From Perna viridis (Eukaryota), in assembly GCA_037379345.1 (NCBI GenBank), contig CM074525.1:1497170-1561169 (forward strand): DNA of 64,000 nucleotides, given 5' to 3'. The notes below the pieces were generated by a model. That model was not told the origin of the DNA. It saw only the letters and a list, made by a program, of their open reading frames with translations, and made no database searches. Numbering within the stretch: the stretch's first letter is position 1; the number at the start of each line of letters is the position of its first letter. Below, one piece after another: positions 53,323-64,000 of this stretch. A program made the translations under genes and the position numbers.

Positions 53323-55187
53323 GTAAGATCAAGGTGGAAACCAGTCAGGGCTTTTAGTAGATTTAATAATTGTTATTTTAGTAACTTTTTTCTGTACACA
53401 TGTAGTTGAATATTCTTTTTCCATATTTATTTATAAAATAACTACCTACATTCAAAGTTTCTCTCCTATTCTTTGTTCACTGTAAGTATTTACCAGTGGC
53501 GGATCCAGATTTTAGGGGTGAATGGGGTTGGCACTCCCCTTTTTATTGGAAAATGTGTCCTTTTCATGTGTAATATTAACAAAATATGGCAAGTAATGCC
53601 CTAGCTCCCCCATTTTTCTGAGGAACCTGGGCTGGCTCCCCTCCTTTTCAAAGTGTTGGGATTTGCACCTGTTGACTATTTTATAGGGGTTATATGATGA
53701 TGATACATGTTGTGTTTTACAGTATCTGTTCTTTTTCCTTCAACAGAATTATTTCTTGTGGGGTACCAATTTTCGTGGTTTATGTTGCTCACTTATAAAA
53801 TAAATTCAGAAGCCAATAATAGTGGTGGATCATCTGCAATATTCTATATATATCCCAGCCTGAAATAAGAATTGTTCAAATTTGTTCTGTTGGATGTTAA
53901 CTATTCTGGAAATGACATATGCAGAAAGGTAGTGATTGTTTGAACTTTAATTCCAGACGCACACTATATATTATAAGAAATCTTACATATATCCGTTTGA
54001 CAAGACATCAGAACTATAACAACACGGTATTATTAACTAATGGAAACACATTAATTTTGCGGTTACCTAAGTTTTCTTGGATTCTATCAAATGAACGAAT
54101 TCGTGTGTATCTATTTTCACGGCTTCAAAAACTGATTAGCGTTATATGGTGTTAAAATTACTATCACATACTATTTTTTGCGCTTTTCTGTCCACTGCAA
54201 AAATAGGGAAATTAGTGCATTACGAAAATTTTAATACTTTTACGGTAATCATATGCCATTTGAGTATAAGTAAATGTAGCTCCTCATTGCCAAAGCTTAA
54301 AATCACATTATAAAATATATTTTTCAAATTCTAAAGTCTTCAAACTGGACTTTTGAAAACCCACATAACTGATTGCCACAAATAAATACACCTTTATAGT
54401 TGGGATTCTAAGAAATATTGATCACTGCTCAGATATTTAGAGTGAGTTTCATTGGACAATTAAAAATAATTTGTTGTATAAAATTATGGAAAAGATGATA
54501 CTTTATTTCTTAAAGTTAGCCCAATGAAAGGAGCCTGATATATACCTTGGTCCTACACTTAGCCAAGGGGATCCTCAGGGCCCCCTCATATGCTGACACA
54601 TTTTAATTGCTTATATAGAAAGTCACTAGAAATCACTGTCCCTCCACCCATCTAATGATATATATCCATCTGTCTATAGGTCTGTCTGTCTGTCTGTCTG
54701 TCTGTTAGTTATTACAGCTTTTATTTTTTATATAAGTCAAATTACATGTTGGTAACCATAAGACTTGTATATATTTTGCGATAGTTCTTGCCATCCCCCT
54801 TTTTTTCATCATTACATGGCTTTATATACTTTAAGTTCCACTGATGTCTTATTTTTCTAGTTAAACTATGGTAACCATACCTTTCTCTCTGGATGTTTAG
54901 GTAGCGCTACAGATTTAATGTTTATTAATTAAACTCCAACTCCATTCCAATGTTTGTTTTGTTGAAACATCTAATATTGTGTTACTAACACTGAATGGAT
55001 TATGATGAAATCTGTTTCCACATCCATTCAAATTTAATGATTTAATCCTTGGGTATTCTATTGACAAACAGCCAGTTTATTTGGAAACTAATGATTTTAT
55101 TGATGGAATCATTGCTCCCCAGAGTTATGGTGGATAGAAATGTTTTGTTTGTGTATAGTGATGGGACAATGCAGTAACAACTATAAA

Positions 55188-55297
55188 TCTAACAAACAAC
55201 TGTCTATACCAAACTATTAATCTAACAAACAACTGTCTATACCAAACTATTAATCTAGCAAACAACTGTCTATACCAAACTATCAATCTAGCAAACA
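55188..55297. repeat. 33-bp tandem repeat x3
   Basis: ctaacaaacaactgtctataccaaactattaat. Confidence 0.85.
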
Positions 55298-56393
55298 TAA
55301 TTATTTATTCCAAACCATGAATATAGCAAGCACCTGCCTCAACCAAAAATCAAATAATACAGAATCCTGATTAAACAAAACCTTGAATGAAGGAGAAAAC
55401 TGTCTTTATTAAATCCTATTTAAAGTATAAACTTGTCCAAACCAGATTTGTTATAAAGAAGGTGCATACACTCAACTGTAAGACTTAACTGTTATTCTTT
55501 TCAATGCTCAAAGAGGGAGATCTCTTATTTCCAGCTTTTCTAACAGGGAGATTTAGTATGACGACTTTTTTCATGGAAAAAAGGATAATTTTTCTAATAA
55601 TCCAAGTACAAATATGAGACAAAGAATTATTATGATAATTCTGTTAGTCTACCAGGGGTTTTTAATCCAAATTTGAGTAATAAATACAACAAGGATAACT
55701 ATTTGTTGATTGTTTCTCAATGATTATTATGTTATATAAACATTGTATTTATATTGATTTAATAAGCTAATTAGAACATAATAAGTGCAATATATCTGCT
55801 AAAAGGGAGATTTTGGGGGGAGAAATTTGTGAAAGTGGGAGAATTATGTTTCCCATGTGGGAGACTTTCTCAAAAAGGGAGATTGACCCCAATGGATGGA
55901 GTCTCCCTTCTAAAGAGAGAGGGTAAACAGATACAGTAAGTAAAGCAGAAATATGTTTAAATCCCAAATGATTTGACACAAACATTCCAGTGATGTGTAA
56001 GAGTTATGTCCCTAACTTTAGGTCTATCTCTTTAAGTGAACCCTGACTAAAGCAGGTATCTTTCACTTTCTACTCTAAATCTTGAAGTCACTTTGAATAG
56101 TTTTCAAAGTATTTCAGACTTTTGTTTGTGGAGGGATCAAAATGATCTTAATATGTCACCATGGGAAAAAATGGTAGAGATGGGAGATTGATCTTGATTT
56201 GTTCCCAAAATATGTTGTCCATACCATATACTTCTGAAAGTCCCAATTAAATCTATTTATATAGAGTTCAATTTTTGGTAAATGAAAATCCTGTCTAAAC
56301 CAAACCAGATTTAAGGTCCAAAGCAGGTTGAGTTTGGACAGGTTTTACTGTGTGTAGATAATGGGTATTAATGATCAATATCTTATGTTTCAG

Positions 56394-56471
56394 GACAGTC
56401 GACCAAGTACAAAGAATAGCCGCCAGTCAAACAAAGGGAAACAATTGCCTACGAAGTCTCCAAAACGAGAT
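56394..56471 (+). CDS. Internal exon (DSRPSTKNSRQSNKGKQLPTKSPKRD)
   Basis: tatgtttcag| ... |gtaagt, 78 nt, phase 0-0. Confidence 0.85.
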
Positions 56472-58488
56472 GTAAGTTGACATTTCTCTCTGTAGATATT
56501 ATCTTCTCATGCAACATTTCTCACATATAGATAATATCTTCTTATGCCCATGTGTGTTTGGTTTTCTTCTCGTCTGTCTGTTACCTGTTACATTTGAGTG
56601 AAGTCTCCAATTAAAAAAAGAAATTGAAAAAAAGTTATATTGGATTGCCTATATGGAGGAGAATCTACCACATGAACTATTCCAAAGATTCTACCCTATT
56701 GACTGTCTCGTGGAGTATTTTTATGTAAATGCAGGTTTTGTAAGAAATAAATTATTTAGTATTTTTCTGTGAAAAAAGTAAATTTAACAAAAAACCTCAC
56801 TACTCAACAGAAATTCCTGAAACTTGGTACATAGCAAGAATATCATGAATATCGTTTGCCTGTCAGGAAATTTAGATTCTTTAAGTTTTGTTAGAGTTAT
56901 GTCCCTTTTAACTTAGAAATTTACCATAAATCATCATGTATCAGCTTTTCATCAAAATCCTCTACAACTACCCAACAGGATTTCATAAAACTTGGTGTTT
57001 AGCAAGAATATCAGATGAACTGGTAGTTATGCATATTACCAGGAAATTATAATTCTCTAATTTTTATATGAATTATATACTGTAATTCAATATATCTATC
57101 GGTAACACTTTTTTTATCACATTTTCCTCAGCAACTACAAATCACAGCTGCAGTGCAAAGCAGGTCCAGACAGTGATTGGTCTAGCTTGTTTTTAAAATT
57201 ATTCCAAATTTTAGCAAACCTTTTTTACTCAGCCATTGACCAAAAAAAAAAAAAAAACAAAAAACAAAAACCCTGAATGTCAAATCTTGTCTAATGAAGT
57301 ACTGTGAAAGTACTATTATTTGTGGGGAACCAATTTTCATTGATTTCATGGGTAGGCTAAACAATGAAATTTAGTTCCCAACCAAACTGAGATTTCCATT
57401 AATGTGTATACTGACAACCTCAAAATCATGAATTCAAGAATCCATAAACTTAACCCTAATCCACGAAAATTGGTATCCATGAATAAAAGTGCTCTCACAG
57501 TACCTTTTCCTTTTGAACCTTTGTAAGGGGATGATCATACCTGTTGTCCTTAGCAACAGTACAGGTTTCCAAGGTTACTGTCGTTATTTACTTTTTTTAT
57601 ACAAGAGTAATCAAGGGAATCAAGATTCTAGTGGAAATCAAAAGAATGTAATCCAGGGACAAAGACCAGTCATGGAAAGCAGGCATACACAACAAAGAAC
57701 ACAAAATAACTAAAATTATACCTACAAAGTAAGAAAAGTAAATGATCAACTTGGACTCCACTACAATCTGGGAGCATGGACCAGGTACACTGGTAGAGTA
57801 AGTGTACTCCTGCTGAGTAGGGACTGGTTACTGTGAAGTCATACTCCTGCACTGAGAATTACTTTTTCTAACTTAAAGCTTTACATCTCTGCCACTGTTA
57901 AACCCCGCCCCTTTATGCTAATTAGTTTGGTACATCAGCAGCAGCTTTGCAGACTTATATTAATAAAGTACCATTCTGTGTAAGAATCAGGCAATGGGTG
58001 GCACATAATATTTCTCAGTTTGGTCTTTTTTTTCCTCATATATATTCAATATATCCAGAAAAATGAAAAGTTACTTAAATTTACCCTGAAGCATCTGTGT
58101 TGTAGACATTTCTTGACTTCTTATATAAGGAAAACGTGCAGGAAAGTTTTTCTGCTGTTTTTCCATTGTGCATTTCAACTAAATTTGACCTATCAGTATC
58201 TTAAAAAGGCAAATTTTACAAACACTTTGATGGTAATTTTTTAAGGTTATCAGTTTTAAATACTTGGTTAATGCAATAAAATCCCTGTTTTTTTTCCTTC
58301 ATGTGCCACACTTTTTACACATTTTGCCTGATTCTTAGATGGAGAAGTACTTAAAGCTCATGCCCTGTGAATATTTTCACTTCCTGTATAAAAGTCAGTG
58401 TCAACCCCAGAGAGCCTATAAAAGTATTGGAGTGGTATGTACTCTGCTGTCAACATAAATTTTAATTTCTTCACTCTATACAGTTTAG

Positions 58489-58506
58489 ATGACAAGAGTG
58501 GAGAAT
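58489..58506 (+). CDS. Candidate 18-nt cassette microexon (MTRVEN)
   Basis: tttcttcactctatacagtttag| ... |gtaaga, phase 0-0. Confidence 0.4.
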
Positions 58507-58655
58507 GTAAGATTTAGGTTGATGGTAGTGTAAGGGGGAGATTAACTCTGCATTGATGATGCCCCTTCATTGCCCATTTCATGACAATCTCTTCCACATA
58601 TTTACTTCATTATTATCTTAAATAATTTCAATGTCTTTTTTTTTTTATTTTACAG

Positions 58656-58671
58656 GGCAGAACAGGTAAAG
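58656..58671 (+). CDS. 16-nt microexon (GRTGK + 1 nt)
   Basis: Long poly-T tract + cag acceptor, AAG|gtaagt donor. Its phase 0->1 shift is required to join 56471 to 61466 in frame. Confidence 0.8.
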
Positions 58672-59973
58672 GTAAGTTATGATCAAGACAAATAAAATTC
58701 AGACACTGCCATTGGTAGAGGGAAACAAGGTGCTAAAAAACCCATAAAACAAACAATGCTTTTTTCTGTTTTAATACACTATATTTTTATGTATGGGTAG
58801 TTTGCACAATAACATATCTATATAATATTTACCTTGTAACAATGAAATGAAAAAACTAAAATTGGTTTTCTGGCGCTTCTGAATCAGAAATAATAGTGAA
58901 TTTTATGGGTTTCTTTTTACATGTATCACCTCCTGCCTGAAGACTCCTTAAGTTAATTTTCATACATAGCTCTGAAAGAAGGGGCACTCTGTTATTCCCA
59001 TTTTGGTCTGTCTGTCTGTCTGTCAAATCAATTTTATTTTTTTGTCCATCTGAACAGAAATTGGAATGATCAGACATCATCTGAACAGCAAGTAGAATGA
59101 TCAGTTATTTCCCTTTAATGATGAAATTGCAATGCATTTCATATAATCAAACTTCTTAAATACTGACTTTCAGGAAAGAAATGAATGCCAATGAAAGACT
59201 TGTGTGTTTTTATCTATTATGATTCACCCATTGCCTGATTCTTACAAAGAATAACACTTTAGGGTATAAAACAATTATTCCATCTCATGTTTCCTCACTT
59301 ATAATTTCCTTCAAAACAATAAAGTACAAGTGACTGTAAGAGTCATGTAGATTTTGTGCATGATTTTTTATGATTTCTTTTTAATTTGTGAGATACTTGT
59401 CATGATTTCTGTTGGATTTGTTAGAACCAGGAAATCAAGAATTCTATGAACTATTACTTCTGTGGATGAAGGTCAACTCAGAAACTTAGAATGTTAAATT
59501 GCTACTTCAGGGGCCATAACTCCATTAAAAGCTGTGCAATTTTTTAAACGTAATTCTTCTAGTGAAGGGTGTTGTCCTAATTGCTATAGTTGTTCATGTA
59601 AATAAGCAAACACTGCAGAAAATTGGTTATGATGTTTTCTTTCTTTTATTGTAAGCCATATTTGTCAACATATGAGAAATTTGTTTCTAGGGTAATCAAG
59701 AGAAAAATTATTATAGCAAAAATTAAAAGAATGCAATCCAGAGACAAAAACCAGACATGGAAAAGAGACACACACAACAAAGAATATAAAATAACTAAAA
59801 TAATACATACAAAGTAACAAAAGTAAATGACCAACTCAGACCTATGCATTGTTTGTGTGTATTCTGATTAAAAGTAATCAAAATAAACCTGAGAATGTGT
59901 ACTTTAAAATCATATATGTAATTTACTACACAAGTGTATGAATATTGTTTACATGTGTGAGTAATTTGCCTCC

Positions 59974-59995
59974 ATGCTGTCAGTTAGCAGAAAAG
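59974..59995 (+). CDS. Candidate late alternative first exon (MLSVSRK + 1 nt)
   Basis: gcctccATG, in-frame TAA upstream, AAG|gtaaaa donor, phase 1 matching exon 61466. Confidence 0.25.
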
Positions 59996-61465
59996 GTAAA
60001 AATGTTGATTTTCAGTATTTTTTATTCAAGTAAATTTTGTGAAGAATTTCTATGGACATGGTACCATTAGGGTAATGATTTTGAAGGCCTTATTTTCTAA
60101 GCTTTGCAATGGTATGCAACTTTAAGGTGTCGTTTGTCCTGGGAATTCACAGTGAAACATTGAAAATTACTTGTTTAACATGTAAAGTAATGGAAACGTT
60201 AGAAGTGGTTAGTGAGACCTTAGGCTCAAGCTACGAATCATGCATAAATTTGTTAATCTGGTCTTCAGTTTATCCCATATTTGGAGTCAAGTGTTGAATA
60301 AGGGTGCAATTAAAATATCATAAATTTCAGCAAGAAATTTTGGGGACTCTATGGCAATGTACCTTTACATATAGGCACATCCAAAAAGGATGTATTGATT
60401 TCTATGGTTAGTGACCTTTACCTTTGAACTTTGATCTTAGGTCTGATGCTTTTTTTGAAAGAGCAACTCCTCATAAAACTGCTGCAGCATATTTAGAAAA
60501 ACTTTGAAGGTAGTTGGGACATTATGTGTAGTTGTGCATAATACTAATTCACTGAATTTTGTGGGTAGTATACCCCTTTGAACTTTGGAATGGGGGGAGA
60601 CAAATGTTTTGAAGGCAAAAGAAATCTCCATTATGTATTAAATTTTTAATCATCGTCTGCATAATAATTGATTGATACCTGAAAACAACAATTATCTTTG
60701 TCATCTAATTACTGTTAATGTATTAATTTTCATGATGATCTAATTTTCGCGGTGGTCTGAAAAATGTGAAAAAAATTGTACTCAGGAAATTGATTTATAA
60801 CACTGTATAACACTAATCATTTTTTTAAACCACGAAAATTGATACCTGCAAATATGTCCACTTGACAGAATATGCCATTCATCCGTCTATTTATTTTTGG
60901 GGAGGGGAGCAGAGGTTACCAGGTGAGCTTTGCCAACAGTTTTTCTAGTTCCAGCTGAATGAAGTTTGGTGTGTCCTGTACAGTTTCTAGGAAGGAGTTG
61001 GGTTGGTTATCATCTTTACAAACCAATTTGTTGTCTTATTCCCTCATGTTCCTTTTCACTTTCTTCTACCCCAGACATGACATTTTATGATCACCTTGGT
61101 GGGTGTTTTTAGAAAAGCAGAGGATGCTTACCTTACTGGTTGAGCTGGTTTATGCTTTTCGTTTCTGATTCTGCGTTGCTCATCTCCTTTTATTTCTTTA
61201 TATATTATGTTGGTTTTCTTTTACCACCTTGATTATGTTATTCAAGATGACTGACAACAATATTTACTTCCATGTGAAAGGTTTAATCTGACAAATCATA
61301 AAAAATAGTGTGAAAACTGCAGTTTGCAGGAAGAGACTTCAATGTTAACACTAACACAATGTATAATTTAGATTTGGTGGAGACTTCAATGTTAACACTA
61401 ACAAAATGTATAATTTAGATTTGGCAGAGACTTCAATGTTAACACTAACAAAATGTATAATTCAG

Positions 61466-61626
61466 ATTTGGCAGAGACTTCAATGCAAGATGAAGGTGGG
61501 GACCCTAATACAGCACACGTTGAGACACGACAGAGTAAGAAAAATAAATCGAGCCTTGAACCAGTGAGGGAAGGAGAAATTGTAGAATTTACAGACAGTT
61601 TTGATTTGAAAGATGATGACGCTTGG
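61466..61626 (+). CDS. Internal exon (DLAETSMQDEGGDPNTAHVETRQSKKNKSSLEPVREGEIVEFTDSFDLKDDDAW)
   Basis: cactaac branch point, aattcag| acceptor, TGG|gtaagt donor, 161 nt, phase 1-0. Confidence 0.85.
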
Positions 61627-62276
61627 GTAAGTGGATTTTTATTAGGGTAGGATACAGGAATTCATCTTAATTGAAGAGAATGTCTTAAGGCCTATAGCTG
61701 ATTTAGAATTTTTGGCTAGGGGGAGCATAAATAAAATTACAGGCTTGGTGAAGCCAGGGGAAAAAAACTTCTTGGGATAGAAGATATGAAAAATCAAGAT
61801 TTCATGCAAAAAAAATATTTTTCCCAATTTTAGGGGTGCACATATACAGAGTGTGCCCTATGAATCAGTGCTTTGGCTAGTATTTGGATGGCAATGTCAT
61901 GGTGTACAAATAAATGTCTGTCTGTTTGTATGTCTGTCAGTTCCTGAATTCCAAACTGGTCTGGGGCTGGCATGTGAATTAACCGCCAGTAGTCTCTAAC
62001 AGTTTCTTTATTTCTGTTTTAACAAGGGACTCAGACCTTCAGGACTTCAGACCTTCAGGACTCAGACCTTCAGACTTTTGAACTGATTTTTAGGTGTGTT
62101 TAATTGCATGTATTATTTTTTCCTTAGGGGTCAGATTTAAAAGGGAGAGGGTTGTATCTTTTGCACCTGTCCCAATTCAGGAACTGCTGGCCTTTTTGTG
62201 TCTTGTTTCATTGTCACTTTCAGTGAAATTTTATGTTGCAGGAGTACGTAGGGGCAACAATTTTACTTTACCTGTG

Positions 62277-62660
62277 TATAATGTTGTTTTTGGGCCAGCT
62301 GCAGCCTGCCCGGTGGTTTGAGGGTTTCCACGTCATTCATTATAATGTTGTTTTTGGGCCAGCTGCAGCCTGCCCGGTGGTTTGAGGGTTTCCACGTCAT
62401 TCATTATAATGTTGTTTTTGGACCATCTGCAGCCTGCCCGGTGGTTTGAGGGTTTCCACGTCATTCATTATAATGTTGTTTTTGGGCCAGCTGCAGCCTG
62501 CCCGGTGGTTTGAGGGTTTCCACGTCATTCATTATAATGTTGTTTTTGGGCCAGCTGCAGCCTGCCCGGTGGTTTGAGGGTTTCCACGTCATTCATTATA
62601 ATGTTGATTTTGGGCCAGCTGCAGCCTGCCCGGTGGTTTGAGGGTTTCCACGTCATTCAT
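62277..62660. repeat. 64-bp near-perfect tandem repeat x6
   Basis: tataatgttgtttttgggccagctgcagcctgcccggtggtttgagggtttccacgtcattcat. Confidence 0.95.
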
Positions 62661-62747
62661 TGACGGTTCATAGCTTACATTTGAGCAGAATTTGTTTTTT
62701 AACCCAATAGGGTTGTTGTCTAGTTGACTTATCCATTCTGTTGTCAT

Positions 62748-63262
62748 TTTATTCACCACGTCCACCCTTATTTATTCTATTCAACACGTCCACCCTTATT
62801 TATTCTATTCAACACGTCCACCCTTATTTTGTTTTATTCAACACGTCCACCCTTACTTATTCTTTTCAACACGTCCACCCTTATTTATTCTATTCAACAC
62901 GTCCACCCTTATTTATTCTATTCAACACGTCCACCCTTATTTATTCTTTTCAACACGTCCACCCTTATTTATTCTATTCAACACGTCCACCCTTCTTTAT
63001 TCTATTCAACGCGTCCACCCTTATTTATTCTATTCACCACGTCCACCCTTATTTATTCTATTCAACACGTCCACCCTTATTTTGTTTTATTCACCACATC
63101 CACTCTTATTTTATTCTATTTATCACGTCCACTTTTATTTTATTTTATTCACCATATCCACTCTTATTTTGTTCTATTCAACACATCCACTTATTTTGTT
63201 CTATTCACCTCATCTAGTCTTATTTTGTTCTATTCACCATGTCCACTTTTACTTTGTTCTAT
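62748..63262. repeat. 28/29-bp minisatellite, ~18 copies, degenerating 3'-ward
   Basis: tattcaacacgtccacccttatttattc. Confidence 0.95.
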
Positions 63263-63462
63263 CAATTCCTGAAAATTATGCAGTAAAATCTGTCTTAACA
63301 CAAGTCTTTTTACCTGAGTGTCTGGTTTAGACAGGTTTTGTGTTGATATGTCTGATTAAGGCAGGGCTGGTGTACACAGATGTTCAGTTTAGACAGATCT
63401 GTTGTGTACATGTGTCTTAAGGAGGTAAAATCCAAGTGATGATTTAAATTTTTCTATTTCAG

Positions 63463-63516
63463 GCAAAACAACCCATTGACCAAATGCACAGCAGATATGT
63501 ACAGTATAGGAAACTG
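63463..63516 (+). CDS. Internal exon (AKQPIDQMHSRYVQYRKL); gene continues beyond the window
   Basis: tttttctatttcag| ... CTG|gtgagt, 54 nt, phase 0-0. Confidence 0.85.
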
Positions 63517-64000
63517 GTGAGTTTCATTCCCCCACTACCATTTCTCCCCAATATTAATGTATGATTAGGCCAGAAGAGAGTATATGTTTGTTTCCTGTTA
63601 CCAAGGAAAAAAAGTTCCAGGTTGGTTAGTTGAAGTTTTTTGAAAGAAAAAAATCAGTTACCAGGGAAGTACACTGAGCAGGCAGGCAGCTGCCAATCCT
63701 TGTCTGTGCAATAATTAGAACAGTTTTTTGTAGATTCTTTTACAAATTATGATATATTTTTTTTTCATGTGATGAAATGAAGGTCAAATTTAATTTTTAG
63801 AAAAAGTTTAATCTTTGATTTGTTATTGGACATTCAATGTATGCTGGTAATATTGTAACCAGCTTCCATACTTGCGTCATCCATGGCTAGGAGTAACCAT
63901 TTTGATACCAGCTACTTTTGGCATTATTTCTAGAAACATTTTTTTAAAAAAATTGATCGTAATATTTCTTGGTCGGTGGTTTTGAGTCCAAGCCTGTCTA

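Noticed and set aside
62724-63330. ORFs of 182, 158 and 82 aa
   Set aside because: Minisatellite translations

Overview
AT-rich eukaryotic (animal) genomic DNA, not prokaryotic: spliceosomal GT-AG exons, no operons, no CRISPR, dense MITEs and satellites. The repeat and gene repertoire most resembles a bivalve mollusc such as a mussel (inference). 1-7.5 kb holds a tandem cluster of three intronless, disabled B-box/coiled-coil/NHL-like (RING-less TRIM-like) genes. 9153-11649 is a young, composite-like non-autonomous DNA transposon with 452-bp long terminal direct repeats, each carrying its own inverted termini (KolobokP-like). From about 20 kb to the end lies the 5' part of a large + strand gene that I cannot name and that the ORF track almost misses. 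It has six phase-compatible internal coding exons (43321, 45039, 56394, 58656, 61466, 63463), one of them a 16-nt microexon, plus a second candidate microexon (58489). Several candidate alternative ATG-bearing first exons would give different N-termini, and some splice-site regions are tandemly duplicated. Introns contain nested MITEs, Helentron-associated-like elements, a tRNA-containing LTR-like element seeding a higher-order minisatellite, and a triplicated antisense exon-like module. Most ORFs in the supplied track are repeat artefacts.
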